Shown: positions 16,424 through 26,780, counted from the stretch's first letter. The stretch: DNA of 64,000 bases from Candidatus Woesearchaeota archaeon (GCA_964559675.1 CAZLHJ010000001.1:56285-120284); one strand, 5' to 3'. Notes: generated from the letters alone by a model not told the origin. Made by a program: numbers and translations.

Positions 16424-17041
16424 TTAAACACCTATTACAATTTCTCCCGCTCGAAGTCTATCTAAATAATTTTCCAAAATTTTAACGTTTTCAGTTTTTC
16501 CAGAATTTCTTCTAGATCGAGCTAATTCAGTATGATATTCATGAGACCTTAAGAAATTCAATTGAGTTTCATACCATTTAATATCATTTGGAACACCAAA
16601 TTCAATTCTTAAATTCTCTCCAAGTTCAAAGAAATCCTTTCTTCCCAGATTATCCAAGTCGGCATCACAAATTAATTTTTCAAGATCGCTCTCAGGTTTT
16701 TGAGGCATTTTAGTGGCCAAAATTAACTTCGCAACTTTTCCTCTAAAATCTGAAGAATAACTTAAATCTCCCAATCTTTCTACAGCTAAAGCAGCGCTTC
16801 TCTCTTCATTATCTTTCTTTCCAAGTTCAACAATTGCATCATGATATAGGCCTGCAAATTCCAATGCTAATTTATCTTGATAATTTGCTCCTGAAACTAA
16901 ACCATAGAATCTACAAGTATTCCAAACGTCTAAACCATGCAATCTTCCATGATAAGGCAATTTTGGATAATTATCTCTAACCCAAAATACGATCTCGATT
17001 ACATTTCTCTTATCATTCATTATCTGTTCTCTTGTTATCAT
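16424..17041 (-). CDS. HD-domain phosphohydrolase
   Basis: HGRLHGLDVW ... LYHDAIV, the H...HD motif. Confidence 0.6.
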   Translation of the reverse strand: MITREQIMNDKRNVIEIVFWVRDNYPKLPYHGRLHGLDVWNTCRFYGLVSGANYQDKLALEFAGLYHDAIVELGKKDNEERSAALAVERLGDLSYSSDFRGKVAKLILATKMPQKPESDLEKLICDADLDNLGRKDFFELGENLRIEFGVPNDIKWYETQLNFLRSHEYHTELARSRRNSGKTENVKILENYLDRLRAGEIVIGV

Positions 17042-17134
17042 AATATATATAATTCTAAGTTATATAAGAAAGATTTGATTAGATTTTTCTTATTTTCCGT
17101 AATATTTATATAATACTTCAGAGTTATAAGTAAA

Positions 17135-18139
17135 ATGAGATATTTACAAAAAAATTCCCAGATAAACTCTATTAAATTAGATTTGAAGGATAAAAAAATC
17201 CTTTCTCTTCTTTCTGAGAATGCAAGGGAATCTCTCACTCAGATTGCAAAGAAAGTTTCTCTTTCACGAGACGCAGTTTCATATAGAATAAAGGGATACG
17301 AGAAATCAGGAATTATACAAGGATACCGAACAATAGTAGACATGAATAAATTTGGATTCTCTAATTATCATTTATTTATCAAAATAACTAATCCTTCAAA
17401 AGAAAAAGAAGATTCGATTTTAAAGAAATTAAAAGAGCTGCCATTTATTAGAGCAATTCTTAAATTCAATGGAAGTTATGATTATGAGATCGCTTTAATC
17501 GCAAAAGACTCTAACTCATTAGATGAAAGTCTTCTAAAGATAAATAATTTATTCGAAGATTTATTCCAGAAATATGAGATTCTCACAATTATTAAATCAT
17601 ATGTTGCTGAAACATTCCCTCCAGATTTTATTTCAGAACATCCACATCATACGGATTCTCAAAAAATAGAAAAATATATTCCGGATGAAAAAGATATAAA
17701 AATTCTTAAATTATTAAGTGAAGACGCCACTCTTCCTGCTCATGAAATTGCCTCAAAATTAAAAACTTCCGCAGATACAATTTCTTATAGAATTAAAAAA
17801 ATGATCTCATCAAAAGTGATAATAAAATTCGTCCCAGTAATAAATTACACTTCAATAGATTACAATTTATACGCTATTTTACTTAATATTCCTTCACTTA
17901 CAAAGGAGAATGAAAAAAAATTAAAGGACCTTTTAATAAACAGCAAAAAAGTTTTATGGTCAGTAAAAACAATAGGAAGATATAATTGCATAGCTTATCT
18001 CTTAGTAAAAGACACGAGAGATTTCCAAGATACTCTTGTAGAATTAAGGTCTAAATTATCAAATTCACTTATGGATTATGAAGTCCTCTTAGGATATGAG
18101 GAATTCAAATATATTTATTTTCCTTCCGAGTTGTTCTAA
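17135..18139 (+). CDS. tandem-duplicated Lrp/AsnC-family transcriptional regulator
   Basis: Two successive HTH_AsnC plus RAM modules: LDLKDKKILSLLSENARESLTQIAKKVSLSRDAVSYRIK... and DEKDIKILKLLSEDATLPAHEIASKLKTSADTISYRIKK... Confidence 0.8.
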   Translation: MRYLQKNSQINSIKLDLKDKKILSLLSENARESLTQIAKKVSLSRDAVSYRIKGYEKSGIIQGYRTIVDMNKFGFSNYHLFIKITNPSKEKEDSILKKLKELPFIRAILKFNGSYDYEIALIAKDSNSLDESLLKINNLFEDLFQKYEILTIIKSYVAETFPPDFISEHPHHTDSQKIEKYIPDEKDIKILKLLSEDATLPAHEIASKLKTSADTISYRIKKMISSKVIIKFVPVINYTSIDYNLYAILLNIPSLTKENEKKLKDLLINSKKVLWSVKTIGRYNCIAYLLVKDTRDFQDTLVELRSKLSNSLMDYEVLLGYEEFKYIYFPSELF

Positions 18140-18148
18140 ATTAGAAAA

Positions 18149-18730
18149 TTAGTTTCTAACTTGCAAAACTTTATTTTGTTGATAAAATTGCTCAACACTA
18201 TCTTCAATTCCCATAGTTAACCACCAAGGAGGATTCTGGGAGAAATCTCTAACTTCTCCTTTATACTTTATCTCTCCTCTAAAAATCATCTCAGGTAAAT
18301 GGAAAGGTATTTTTTGTGGACCAAATCTATCTCCTTCCTTTTCAGGCCTTACATGAACCAAATGGTCTCCAGAAAACCAAACTCCATTTCTCAATACTGC
18401 TCTTCTAATAGCAACATCGTGTATATGATTATTAGGCGTTTCCTGAACATCATAGCTAAATCTTGCCAGAATATTTGATTCTGCAGTGTCATAAACATCA
18501 GATGCAGTATTCACAAGCCAAGTTAATTCTCTTTTATTATTTTTGAAAAATTCGTAATAAGCATCTTCATAGATTTGAATTGCTTCGGGCCTCTCAAGAA
18601 CTAATCCTCCAAATTGCCACGCAATTCTCCAATTCCCTTTACCATATCGATTATTCCATCCCGATTGAATTTCATCTCTACTAGTTCCCAAATATCCAGG
18701 TCTATCGATGGTCTGCCAAATCATATTCAA
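18149..18730 (-). CDS. hypothetical protein
   Basis: 193-aa Trp-rich ORF; no recognisable motif. Confidence 0.4.
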   Translation of the reverse strand: MNMIWQTIDRPGYLGTSRDEIQSGWNNRYGKGNWRIAWQFGGLVLERPEAIQIYEDAYYEFFKNNKRELTWLVNTASDVYDTAESNILARFSYDVQETPNNHIHDVAIRRAVLRNGVWFSGDHLVHVRPEKEGDRFGPQKIPFHLPEMIFRGEIKYKGEVRDFSQNPPWWLTMGIEDSVEQFYQQNKVLQVRN

Positions 18731-18772
18731 GAATCAGATCTACGGAATTTAAAGATTATTGATTTAAATTAA

Positions 18773-21025
18773 CTATTTCTTCCTAACGTCTTTTTCAGAA
18801 TTATCTCTTTTTTCAGAATCGGCCGTTTCTTTCATTTCCTTATTCTTGCCCTTATCTTCTGTATCTTCTTTCTTGGCTTTTTCTTCTTTCTTGGCTTTAT
18901 CCATTATAGGTTTATTTATAGATTTTGAAACTGTTTCCAAAGCTCTATCAAAATCATCCTTTGTAATTTTGAAATCTTCTTTACCTTCCTTACTCTTTCT
19001 CGAATAAACTCTTTTAATTGCATTCAATCCCGCGTTTCTTGTAATTGCTTCAATATCTGCTCCAGTCCAACCTTCCGTTTTATCCGAATAATCTTGAATT
19101 TTTACATCTTTATCCAGAGGCATTCCCCTAACTTTAACTTCAAATATTTTTTCTCTTGTCTTCTTCTCAGGAACTTTCAATTCAACAATTGAATCTATTC
19201 TTCCAGCCCTTAATAATGCAGGATCGATTAAGTCTTGTCTATTTGTAGCTGCAACAATCATTACTTTCTCAAGCTCTTCAACACCATCTAATTCAGTAAG
19301 TAATTGATTTACAATCTTATCCGTTGAATCACTAAAGCTCATTCCCCTCTGCTTAGATATCGAATCAAATTCGTCAAAGAAAATTATACAAGGTGCAACT
19401 TGTCTAGCTTTTTTGAAAATTTCCCTTACATGTTTTTCAGATTCTCCAACCCATTTACTCACCAACTCTGGACCTTTAACAGAAATGAAATTTGCATTAG
19501 CTTCTGTCGCAACCGCCTTAGCCAATAATGTCTTACCAGTTCCAGGAGGCCCAGTCAATAAAACTCCTTTACTAGGTTTAATCCCAGCTTTAACAAATAA
19601 ATCTGGCCTCATCAATGGAAGCTCAATTAATTCTCTTAATTTCTCTTTTGCCTCTTCCAATCCACCAATATCTTCCCACGAGACATGTGGTTTATTAATC
19701 AAAACTTCCCTCATTGCACTAGGTTCAACAACTTTCAATGCATCGCTAAAGTTTTGTCTTGAAACTTTTATCTTATCTAAAATTTGAGTTGGAACTTTTT
19801 CTTCTATATTTTTCAATTCTGCAAAATATGGCTTGATCGCTTTCAATGCTGCTTCCTTACATAAAACTTGAATATCTGCTCCAGTATACCCCATTGTTTT
19901 TTGAGCAATCTCATCAAAATTAACATCTTTATCCAGAGGCATTCCTCTTGTGTGAATTTGTAGGATCTCCCTTCTTCCGTCTTCATCAGGAGGATTAATT
20001 CTTAACTCTCTATCAAATCTTCCAGGTCTTCTTAATGCTTCATCAATATCGTCCGGCCTATTTGTTGCAGCCATAACTACTACTTGTCCTCTGCTCTTTA
20101 AACCATCCATTAAAGTTAATAGTTGAGCAACAATTCTTTTTTCAGTTTGATCTGTTCCTTCTCCCCTCTTAGGAGCAATAGAGTCTATTTCATCAATAAA
20201 AATAATTGACGGCGCATTCTTATCTGCTTGCTCAAAGATTTCTCTTATATGCTTTTCAGACTCTCCGTAATATTTACTCATAATTTCTGGCCCAGCAATA
20301 GAAAAGAAACTCGACTCTGTCTCTCCAGCAACCGCCTTAGCCAATAATGTCTTACCAGTTCCAGGAGGCCCAGTCAATAAAACTCCTTTAGGTGCTCCAA
20401 CTCCTAATTTCTGGAAAACTTCGGGATGTTTCATTGGAAGTTCTACCATCTCTCTAACTAATTCAACTTCATTTTTCAAACCACCAATATCTTCATAACT
20501 AATTCCAACTGCTTTCAAATCTCCTGCATATGGAGTATCAGAAACTTTAATTTTAGTTTTTGGAGTTACAATAACATATCCTTTAGGATCTACTTTAGAA
20601 ACTACATACGCCAATCTAGTACCAAATACATCAATTACTATTTTTTGTGCTTGAGACAATGGCCTATGTAGTAATTTTGTATGGAAATATTCTGTCGGAT
20701 CATCACTAAATCTAACTTGTTGCAATGGACTCAAAACTACGTTTTTAGCTTCTAAAATTTTAGCTTTGGAAACTTTAATATTATCTCCAATACTCGCTCC
20801 AATATTAGATCTTGTAGTTCCGTCTAATCTAATAATTGAATCTCCATTGTCTTCACTAACTGATCTCATCGCCTTAACTAATCCGGAACTCTTTCCACTG
20901 ACCTCAACTAAATCTCCCGAGCTAATTTGCATTTTAGCCATAATCTTAGAAGGAATTCTAGCAATACCTTTATCGATATCTTCTTGCAAAGATTCTTTTA
21001 CCTTAAGCTGAATTTCTTGACTCAT
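18773..21025 (-). CDS. cdc48: CDC48/VCP/p97-like AAA+ ATPase (N domain plus two AAA domains) with Lys/Glu-rich C-terminal tail
   Basis: Two Walker A motifs ([20 protein letters not shown], both copies), Walker [10 protein letters not shown] / IIFFDEFDS, second-region-of-homology Args, and an N-terminal double-psi barrel region. Confidence 0.95.
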   Translation of the reverse strand: MSQEIQLKVKESLQEDIDKGIARIPSKIMAKMQISSGDLVEVSGKSSGLVKAMRSVSEDNGDSIIRLDGTTRSNIGASIGDNIKVSKAKILEAKNVVLSPLQQVRFSDDPTEYFHTKLLHRPLSQAQKIVIDVFGTRLAYVVSKVDPKGYVIVTPKTKIKVSDTPYAGDLKAVGISYEDIGGLKNEVELVREMVELPMKHPEVFQKLGVGAPKGVLLTGPPGTGKTLLAKAVAGETESSFFSIAGPEIMSKYYGESEKHIREIFEQADKNAPSIIFIDEIDSIAPKRGEGTDQTEKRIVAQLLTLMDGLKSRGQVVVMAATNRPDDIDEALRRPGRFDRELRINPPDEDGRREILQIHTRGMPLDKDVNFDEIAQKTMGYTGADIQVLCKEAALKAIKPYFAELKNIEEKVPTQILDKIKVSRQNFSDALKVVEPSAMREVLINKPHVSWEDIGGLEEAKEKLRELIELPLMRPDLFVKAGIKPSKGVLLTGPPGTGKTLLAKAVATEANANFISVKGPELVSKWVGESEKHVREIFKKARQVAPCIIFFDEFDSISKQRGMSFSDSTDKIVNQLLTELDGVEELEKVMIVAATNRQDLIDPALLRAGRIDSIVELKVPEKKTREKIFEVKVRGMPLDKDVKIQDYSDKTEGWTGADIEAITRNAGLNAIKRVYSRKSKEGKEDFKITKDDFDRALETVSKSINKPIMDKAKKEEKAKKEDTEDKGKNKEMKETADSEKRDNSEKDVRKK
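19510..19571. repeat. 62-bp perfect intragenic repeat (copy 1; copy 2 at 20329..20390) covering the Walker A regions of D1 and D2
   Basis: caaccgccttagccaataatgtcttaccagttccaggaggcccagtcaataaaactccttta is identical at both sites, while the flanking DNA diverges. Confidence 0.85.
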
Positions 21026-21411
21026 CTTTTATCAAAAGCAACCTCCAAAATGCCATTTTTCATTTCATGTGAGAATTTTTTTAAATTTACATTTTTAGGT
21101 AAAGTTTTCCTTATAGAGATGACTTGATTTAATTTTTCAAATAAATAATCTTGCATACCTTCTTCTTTCTTAACTTTCTGAGCTTTAATTTCAATCTCAT
21201 TTCCTTTCACCACAACCATAATATCTTTCTCATTATACCCTGGCAATTCAAATACAAGATATATTTTATCAGAATCTTCTATAAAATCAATATATCTTTC
21301 TTCTTCCTCTCCTTTTGTAAAATTCTGTTTTCTGCTTCTAGCTACTTTAGAGCCGAAAAACTCTTTGAATATTTCATCAAATGGATCCTCGTCATCATTA
21401 AAAAATCCCAT
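21022..21411 (-). CDS. Hsp20/alpha-crystallin small heat-shock protein
   Basis: Alpha-crystallin domain YIDFIEDSDKIYLVFELPGYNEKDIMVVVKGNEIEIKAQ...GILEVAFDK. Stop overlaps the CDC48 start (ATGA). Confidence 0.85.
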   Translation of the reverse strand: MGFFNDDEDPFDEIFKEFFGSKVARSRKQNFTKGEEEERYIDFIEDSDKIYLVFELPGYNEKDIMVVVKGNEIEIKAQKVKKEEGMQDYLFEKLNQVISIRKTLPKNVNLKKFSHEMKNGILEVAFDKR

Positions 21412-21527
21412 AATTTATTCAAAAAATTAATCTATTTAAATCTTTCGCTCAGTAAGTATCATATTTACTTAGCAAATAAAGAGATTATTAAAGAAACATT
21501 TTTATATATGAAAAGCATCTATTTTGC

Positions 21528-21923
21528 ATGAGAAGAATTATAATCCGAGAAATAGAAAAACCTCGAAACGGAAGAGTAAGGGAAGATGTAAAATGGATTT
21601 GTGAAAGTCTTGGTTTTGTTTCAGGTCGTGATGTAGATGATAATTCTTTCAGAATCATGTTTAAACTTCTTGAAGAATTAAAAAAAGAAGACATTGTTCC
21701 AACAGAATCTATTGCAAGAGGGTTAAAGATGGAATCTCCAGCAGTTAATCATCATTTAAGAAATCTAATGGACACTGGAGTTATTGTAAGAGAAAAAAGA
21801 AAAGTAACTTTGAGGGGAGGCTCTCTCACTGCAGCGATTGAAGAAATGAAAAGAGATTCAGATAAAATGTTTGAAAGAATCTTAGAAATCGCTAAGAAAA
21901 TCGACGAAGATCTAGGATTGTGA
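21528..21923 (+). CDS. winged-helix transcriptional regulator (Phr-like heat-shock regulator candidate)
   Basis: wHTH IARGLKMESPAVNHHLRNLMDTGVIVREKRK. Divergent from the hsp20–cdc48 operon, mirroring the Phr regulon layout of Thermococcales. Confidence 0.55.
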   Translation: MRRIIIREIEKPRNGRVREDVKWICESLGFVSGRDVDDNSFRIMFKLLEELKKEDIVPTESIARGLKMESPAVNHHLRNLMDTGVIVREKRKVTLRGGSLTAAIEEMKRDSDKMFERILEIAKKIDEDLGL

Positions 21924-22307
21924 TTTATCACAGCAATCTTCGTACTTTGGAATTACTTGTTTACAATTACTAAAAACATTATTATGGTATTTTCCACATA
22001 CTTCACAATGTAAATGATTTAATCTTATTACTTTCAAGATCCTCTGAATTTCTCTAACAGAATCGCTTTTTTTCTCAAGAATGTTTAATGCAGATTTTTC
22101 TACCTCATCATGAATTTTTACATGTAATTTAACCTTTGAAGCCCTCTTATTAGAAAGATATTGTGAAACTGCTGCCTTAGTTATTCCTAAAAGTCTCCCA
22201 ACCTTATCATATGATAGACCATGTTTCTTAATTAAAGCTTTTGATAATTCTCGTCTTAATGCTGGGATAATATACCAAGCTTCCACTTCTTGAGGTAAAA
22301 TATACAT
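21912..22307 (-). CDS. HTH (XRE-like) transcriptional regulator with C-terminal Cys cluster
   Basis: GLSYDKVGRLLGITKAAVSQYLSNKR plus C-terminal HCEVCGKY...CKQ...CC. Confidence 0.55.
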   Translation of the reverse strand: MYILPQEVEAWYIIPALRRELSKALIKKHGLSYDKVGRLLGITKAAVSQYLSNKRASKVKLHVKIHDEVEKSALNILEKKSDSVREIQRILKVIRLNHLHCEVCGKYHNNVFSNCKQVIPKYEDCCDKSQS

Positions 22308-22349
22308 AAGAGTTAACAGAAGTTAACATTTTTAAACCTTACTAGAAAA

Positions 22350-22712
22350 TTAAGCGCAATTAGAAATATCTTCTAACTCATTTAATGTTTTATATCCATA
22401 ATATACGCTTCCATTTATGTACCACGCAGGAATCTCCCTCAATCCTTCACATTTTATTTCAGTACAATCAACTATCTCTAAGAACTTTATTGCACTTCCA
22501 AATTCACCAATTTGTTTTGCACATTGAGCACAATTTTCTTCAACATATAATTCGCTCTCTTGAAAATCAAGGCATTGAGCTAATATTGTTTTCTCGTCTT
22601 CTCCAGAAACATATCCGGTAACTTTAGAAAACCAATCAGTAAAGAAATATAATCCAAATATCAATAATATTAAAAAGACAAAGCTCACCATCGTTTTGTA
22701 TTTTGTTTCCAT
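22350..22712 (-). CDS. membrane-anchored thioredoxin/glutaredoxin-like protein (CxxC)
   Basis: N-terminal TM helix; ENCAQCAKQ ... PAWYINGSVYYG follows a thioredoxin-fold pattern. Confidence 0.45.
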   Translation of the reverse strand: METKYKTMVSFVFLILLIFGLYFFTDWFSKVTGYVSGEDEKTILAQCLDFQESELYVEENCAQCAKQIGEFGSAIKFLEIVDCTEIKCEGLREIPAWYINGSVYYGYKTLNELEDISNCA

Positions 22713-22790
22713 CCGTATCTAAGAAATTTTTGCTATTAATATCTTTTGCTATTTGCTAAAATATAAAAAGACCCTTTAACTTAATCACGT

Positions 22791-23228
22791 ATGTTTGGAT
22801 GGTTCAAAAAAGGAGATGTAATGATAGAAATCCCCTCAAATACATATTCTTACGGAGATACAGTCGAGGGAAATGTTACTTTAAAATTAAAAAAACCTCT
22901 TGATGCTAGAGGATTTAAGGTAAGGATTTATGCAAAGAGAAGAACTAAGTCGATGAAACCAGGAAATAATAGAACAGAGTATACTAATGTATTCGACTCG
23001 GTTCAAATCCTAGATTCAAATAAAAATTTCGGAACAGAAGAAAAAACCTATTCTTTTAAGATAAAACTTCCTAAGAATTTTGTCCACAATCAAGTAACTT
23101 CTTCTATCATAAAATCAGTCCAGCTTCTTTCAGGAAATACAGAAAGAACTTATTGGTATCTTCAAGCATATCTAGATATCCCTATGGGAATTGATGTTTC
23201 AACCACAATTCCTTTAAATGTAAATTAA
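22791..23228 (+). CDS. hypothetical beta-rich protein
   Basis: 145-aa ORF; no recognisable motif. Confidence 0.4.
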   Translation: MFGWFKKGDVMIEIPSNTYSYGDTVEGNVTLKLKKPLDARGFKVRIYAKRRTKSMKPGNNRTEYTNVFDSVQILDSNKNFGTEEKTYSFKIKLPKNFVHNQVTSSIIKSVQLLSGNTERTYWYLQAYLDIPMGIDVSTTIPLNVN

Positions 23229-23229
23229 A

Positions 23230-23712
23230 ATGGAAAATCAAAAATATATCTGGGCAATCCTTAGAATAAGTATGGGGTGGATTTTCCTCTGGGCTTTCTT
23301 AGACAAACTTCTCGGTTTAGGATTTTCAACCTCTCCCCAGAACTCGTGGATTGCAGGAGGATCTCCAACTTATGGGTTTTTATCTAACACAAAAGGAGTA
23401 CTTAGCCCATTTTTCCAATCTCTTTCAAATTCAGTTTTAATTGAGTGGCTTTTCATGCTAGGGTTATTATTTGTCGGACTAACTTTAATCCTAGGTGTTT
23501 TAGTTAAATTAGGATCATATTCGGGAGCTTTAATGATGTTTTTAATCTGGTTATCTGTAATTCCACCAACTTCAAATCCATTTTTAGACAGCCATATTAT
23601 CTACATTCTTGTCTTAATCGGAATATCCTTAAGCGATGCAGGAAAAGTTTTCGGATTTGGAAAGTTTTGGGCTAGTTTAAGATTTATAAAAAAGCACCCT
23701 ATTCTAAAATAA
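23230..23712 (+). CDS. DoxX-family membrane protein
   Basis: IWAILRISMGWIFLWAFLDKL and a four-TM DoxX-like pattern. Confidence 0.55.
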   Translation: MENQKYIWAILRISMGWIFLWAFLDKLLGLGFSTSPQNSWIAGGSPTYGFLSNTKGVLSPFFQSLSNSVLIEWLFMLGLLFVGLTLILGVLVKLGSYSGALMMFLIWLSVIPPTSNPFLDSHIIYILVLIGISLSDAGKVFGFGKFWASLRFIKKHPILK

Positions 23713-23750
23713 TCCAAAGGATTTATAAATAAAATTATTCTTATTTAATC

Positions 23751-24305
23751 ATGCCAATCATATTATGGATTCTAATTGCAGTTTTCGCCTTAGTTGCAAT
23801 ATTATTCTTATATTATTATAACAAATTCGTTCTTCTTGATAATAGAATAGATAACTCGTTATCACAAATAGATGTTCAACTAAAAAGAAGAGCAGAACTA
23901 GTTCCTAATTTAATTAATACTGTAAAAGGATATGCAAAACACGAGAAAGGCATAATGAGCGAAGTTACAAATACAAGAAAAGCATTACTTTCAGCAAAAA
24001 CAATTGAGAAGAGAGCAAAAGCTGGAGCAGAATTACAAAACGCTTTAAGATCAATTTTCGCAATCGCAGAGAACTATCCACAATTAAGGGCAAACGAGAA
24101 TTTCTTACATTTACAACAAGAATTAGCTGCAATTGAAGATAGAATAGCTTATTCACGACAGTTCTATAATGATTCTATCTTATCATATAACAATTCAGTA
24201 GAAACATTCCCTGGAGTTATGTTTGCAAAGATATATGGAAAATCTGAGAGGAAATTCTTAGAAATCCCAGCAGAACAAAAATCAGTTCCTAATGTACAGT
24301 TCTAA
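23751..24305 (+). CDS. lemA: LemA-family protein
   Basis: N-terminal TM helix plus the conserved ENYPQLRANENFLHLQQELAAIEDRIAYSRQFYNDSILSYNNSVETFPGVMFAKIYG. Confidence 0.85.
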   Translation: MPIILWILIAVFALVAILFLYYYNKFVLLDNRIDNSLSQIDVQLKRRAELVPNLINTVKGYAKHEKGIMSEVTNTRKALLSAKTIEKRAKAGAELQNALRSIFAIAENYPQLRANENFLHLQQELAAIEDRIAYSRQFYNDSILSYNNSVETFPGVMFAKIYGKSERKFLEIPAEQKSVPNVQF

Positions 24306-24310
24306 AAAAA

Positions 24311-24913
24311 TTATCTCAATTTTACAAATTTTATTGAATAACTATATGCTCCAGTTCTTTCTAAAATTGCAAGATTCCTATCTCCCGAGATGACTTCCTG
24401 GTTTAATATTGGCCTTCCAAACTCCATTTCAGAAAGAGGCACTCCGTATATTTCTGATAACACATCTGAGAATTTATCACTATACCTCAATAAATATGCA
24501 CGTTTCATCTCAAACCTTCTATAAACTTGACCTCCTAAATCCTTAGACATAAGTGCAAAATCTTCACCATCTAAATTTAGTTCAAGAGTTTTATTTGGAA
24601 GCAAATTAAACCCTTTAGTTAATAATCTTCTAACTACTATATTCGCACTCTCATTTAGAATACTTTCAGTCGGAGATACTTCATTATCTCCAATACGCCC
24701 TATTCCCTCTTTTTCACACAGAGGAATAGATGAGGGTTTAGATCCAGGTTCATTTTTATTTGGATTATATTTCATATCATCTTTCCATGGTCCCTTCAAA
24801 CCCGTGTCAAATTCAGGTTCTTTAAATGGGTGAACATCTCCACCCCTCCAATCTGCATTTTTATCTTCTTCGTCTTCCCATCTGAATTCCTCATCTTCTC
24901 CAGTAGCCATCAA
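24311..24913 (-). CDS. hypothetical acidic, Trp-rich protein
   Basis: 200-aa ORF; no recognisable motif. Confidence 0.4.
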   Translation of the reverse strand: MMATGEDEEFRWEDEEDKNADWRGGDVHPFKEPEFDTGLKGPWKDDMKYNPNKNEPGSKPSSIPLCEKEGIGRIGDNEVSPTESILNESANIVVRRLLTKGFNLLPNKTLELNLDGEDFALMSKDLGGQVYRRFEMKRAYLLRYSDKFSDVLSEIYGVPLSEMEFGRPILNQEVISGDRNLAILERTGAYSYSIKFVKLR

Positions 24914-24947
24914 TTCCTTAAAAAAACCTTATTAATAAATTTTTATT

Positions 24948-25014
24948 TAAAAAATGGAATAGTGTAGACCCTAGGACATATGTCCCCAGGGAGCACATTA
25001 AAAAATGGAATAGT
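24948..25014. promoter_or_regulatory. intergenic element: 17-bp direct repeats TTAAAAAATGGAATAGT flanking a GC-rich palindrome (CCTAGG / GGACATATGTCC)
   Basis: Direct repeats at 24948..24964 and 24998..25014; palindrome GGACATATGTCC at 24974..24985. Lies between divergent gene 24311..24913 and pyruvate kinase. Confidence 0.45.
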
Positions 25015-25078
25015 TAGCTTTAAAAACCAAGAAAAATAATTATCATTTCTCTTTTTAAAAATTAAAAGAAAACTCAAA

Positions 25079-26497
25079 ATGATAACTGGAAAAAAAACTA
25101 AAATTGTCGCAACTATCGGACCCGCAAGCGAAGATAAGGAAACTCTCACAAAATTAGTAAATGCAGGATTAAATGTAATCAGATTAAATTTCTCACACGG
25201 AAGTCATGAAGAACATTCTAAAAGAATTAAAAATACAAGAGAAATTGCTCAAGAATTAAACACTCCTTTAGCAATTTTACAAGATTTAGCAGGTCCTAAA
25301 ATAAGAATCGGAGATTTTAGCACAGAAACAGTAACTCTAGAAAAAGGAGCTAATTTTATATTAACTGCAGAAGAATGTATAGGTACAAAAGAAAAAGTTT
25401 CATTAAATTATGAAAACCTTCATAATGATGTTAAAGTAAATTCTAAAATTTTCCTAAACGATGGAAAAATAAAATTAGTTGTAAAAGAAATATCTGGAAA
25501 TGAAGTTCATTGCACAGTTTTAGAAGGTGGAGAAATTAAAGGAAGGCGAGGAGTAAATCTCCCTGGAGCATATCTAAAAATAAGCTGTTTAACTAATAAA
25601 GATAAAAAAGACGTTCAATTTGGAATCAAACAAGAAGTAGATTTCATGGCTCTTTCATTTGTAAGAAAAGCATCCGACGTAGAAGAATTAAAAGCAATTC
25701 TAAAAAAATCTAAAGCAGATATCAAAATCATTGCTAAAATAGAAACTCAAGAAGCACTTGAAAATTTAGATGAAATAATTAAATCAGCAGATGGGATAAT
25801 GGTTGCAAGGGGAGATTTAGCAGTCGAAGTCCCCGCAGAAGAAGTTCCTATTTGGCAAAAGAAAATAATTAAGAAATGTAATGAAGCAGGTAAACCTGTA
25901 ATAACTGCAACTCAAATGTTAGTATCTATGATTAGTATTTCAACTCCAACTCGTGCAGAAATAAATGACGTTGCAAACGCAATTCTTGATGGAACAGATG
26001 CAGTTATGTTATCTGAAGAAACAACAATAGGTAAATTTCCTGAACTTGCAGTAAAAACAATGACTTCAGTCGCTCTTCATGTAGAAAAACATTTTCCATA
26101 CGAGGAAGTTCTTAAAGATCATCATTTAATGTCTAAAGATGTAACTGGGTCTGTAGGATATTCAGTAGTAAACACTGCTCACGATATAGACGCAGAAGCA
26201 ATTATCGCTTTAACTCTATCTGGATTTACAGCAAGAATGATTGCAAGATATAAACCTAAACGTCCAATTTTAGTTCTAACAACAGACAAAAAAACCTACA
26301 ATAGATTAGCATTGAGCTTCAATTGCTATCCTATTTTAACCGAGCAATTTGACGGAGTATCAAGAACAATAGAAATAACAAAAGAAAAAGTAATTCAACA
26401 TAGCCTAGCAAAACATGATGACACTGTAGTAATCGCAGCAGGAATTCCATTCTCCCAAGCAGGAAACACAAATTTCATGCTCGTTCAAAAGATTTAA
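25079..26497 (+). CDS. pyk: pyruvate kinase
   Basis: KTKIVATIGPAS, MVARGDLAVE, and overall PK barrel plus C-terminal domain. Confidence 0.95.
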   Translation: MITGKKTKIVATIGPASEDKETLTKLVNAGLNVIRLNFSHGSHEEHSKRIKNTREIAQELNTPLAILQDLAGPKIRIGDFSTETVTLEKGANFILTAEECIGTKEKVSLNYENLHNDVKVNSKIFLNDGKIKLVVKEISGNEVHCTVLEGGEIKGRRGVNLPGAYLKISCLTNKDKKDVQFGIKQEVDFMALSFVRKASDVEELKAILKKSKADIKIIAKIETQEALENLDEIIKSADGIMVARGDLAVEVPAEEVPIWQKKIIKKCNEAGKPVITATQMLVSMISISTPTRAEINDVANAILDGTDAVMLSEETTIGKFPELAVKTMTSVALHVEKHFPYEEVLKDHHLMSKDVTGSVGYSVVNTAHDIDAEAIIALTLSGFTARMIARYKPKRPILVLTTDKKTYNRLALSFNCYPILTEQFDGVSRTIEITKEKVIQHSLAKHDDTVVIAAGIPFSQAGNTNFMLVQKI

Positions 26498-26522
26498 TTA
26501 TTAAAATTAATTTATCTACTTA

Positions 26523-26750
26523 ATGCCGGAAGTAAAAAAAGGAAAATATCAACACTACAAAGGAAAATTCTACCAAGTTCTTGGAGTTGGGAGGCACAGC
26601 GAAACTCTCGAAGAATTTGTGATTTATCAAGCAATTTATGATTCTCCAGAATTCGGGAAAAACTCTATCTGGATTCGCCCAAAATTAATGTTCTTAGAAG
26701 AAGTTGAAATCGAAGGAAAGAAAATCCAGAGATTTAAATTCATTGAATAG
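26523..26750 (+). CDS. DUF1653-family small protein
   Basis: YQHYKGKFYQVLGVGRHSETLEEFVIYQAIY...WIRP matches the DUF1653 pattern. Confidence 0.6.
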   Translation: MPEVKKGKYQHYKGKFYQVLGVGRHSETLEEFVIYQAIYDSPEFGKNSIWIRPKLMFLEEVEIEGKKIQRFKFIE

Positions 26751-26780
26751 ATTTTTATATCTAAATATATTAAATCTCGT

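Noticed and set aside
18773-21025. Possible intein in CDC48, given its 750-aa length and C-terminal extension
   Set aside because: The length is explained by the N domain, two AAA domains and a K/E-rich tail. No intein splice motifs (C/S...HN) interrupt the P-loop or sensor regions.
19413-21531. Plus-strand ORFs 19413..19787, 20766..21011, 20927..21127 and 21151..21531 antisense to cdc48 and hsp20
   Set aside because: They are antisense shadows of strongly supported genes.
24943-25149. 68-aa minus-strand ORF overlapping the pyruvate kinase start and the repeat/palindrome element
   Set aside because: No motif. It spans a promoter region and a structured element, so it is more likely non-coding.
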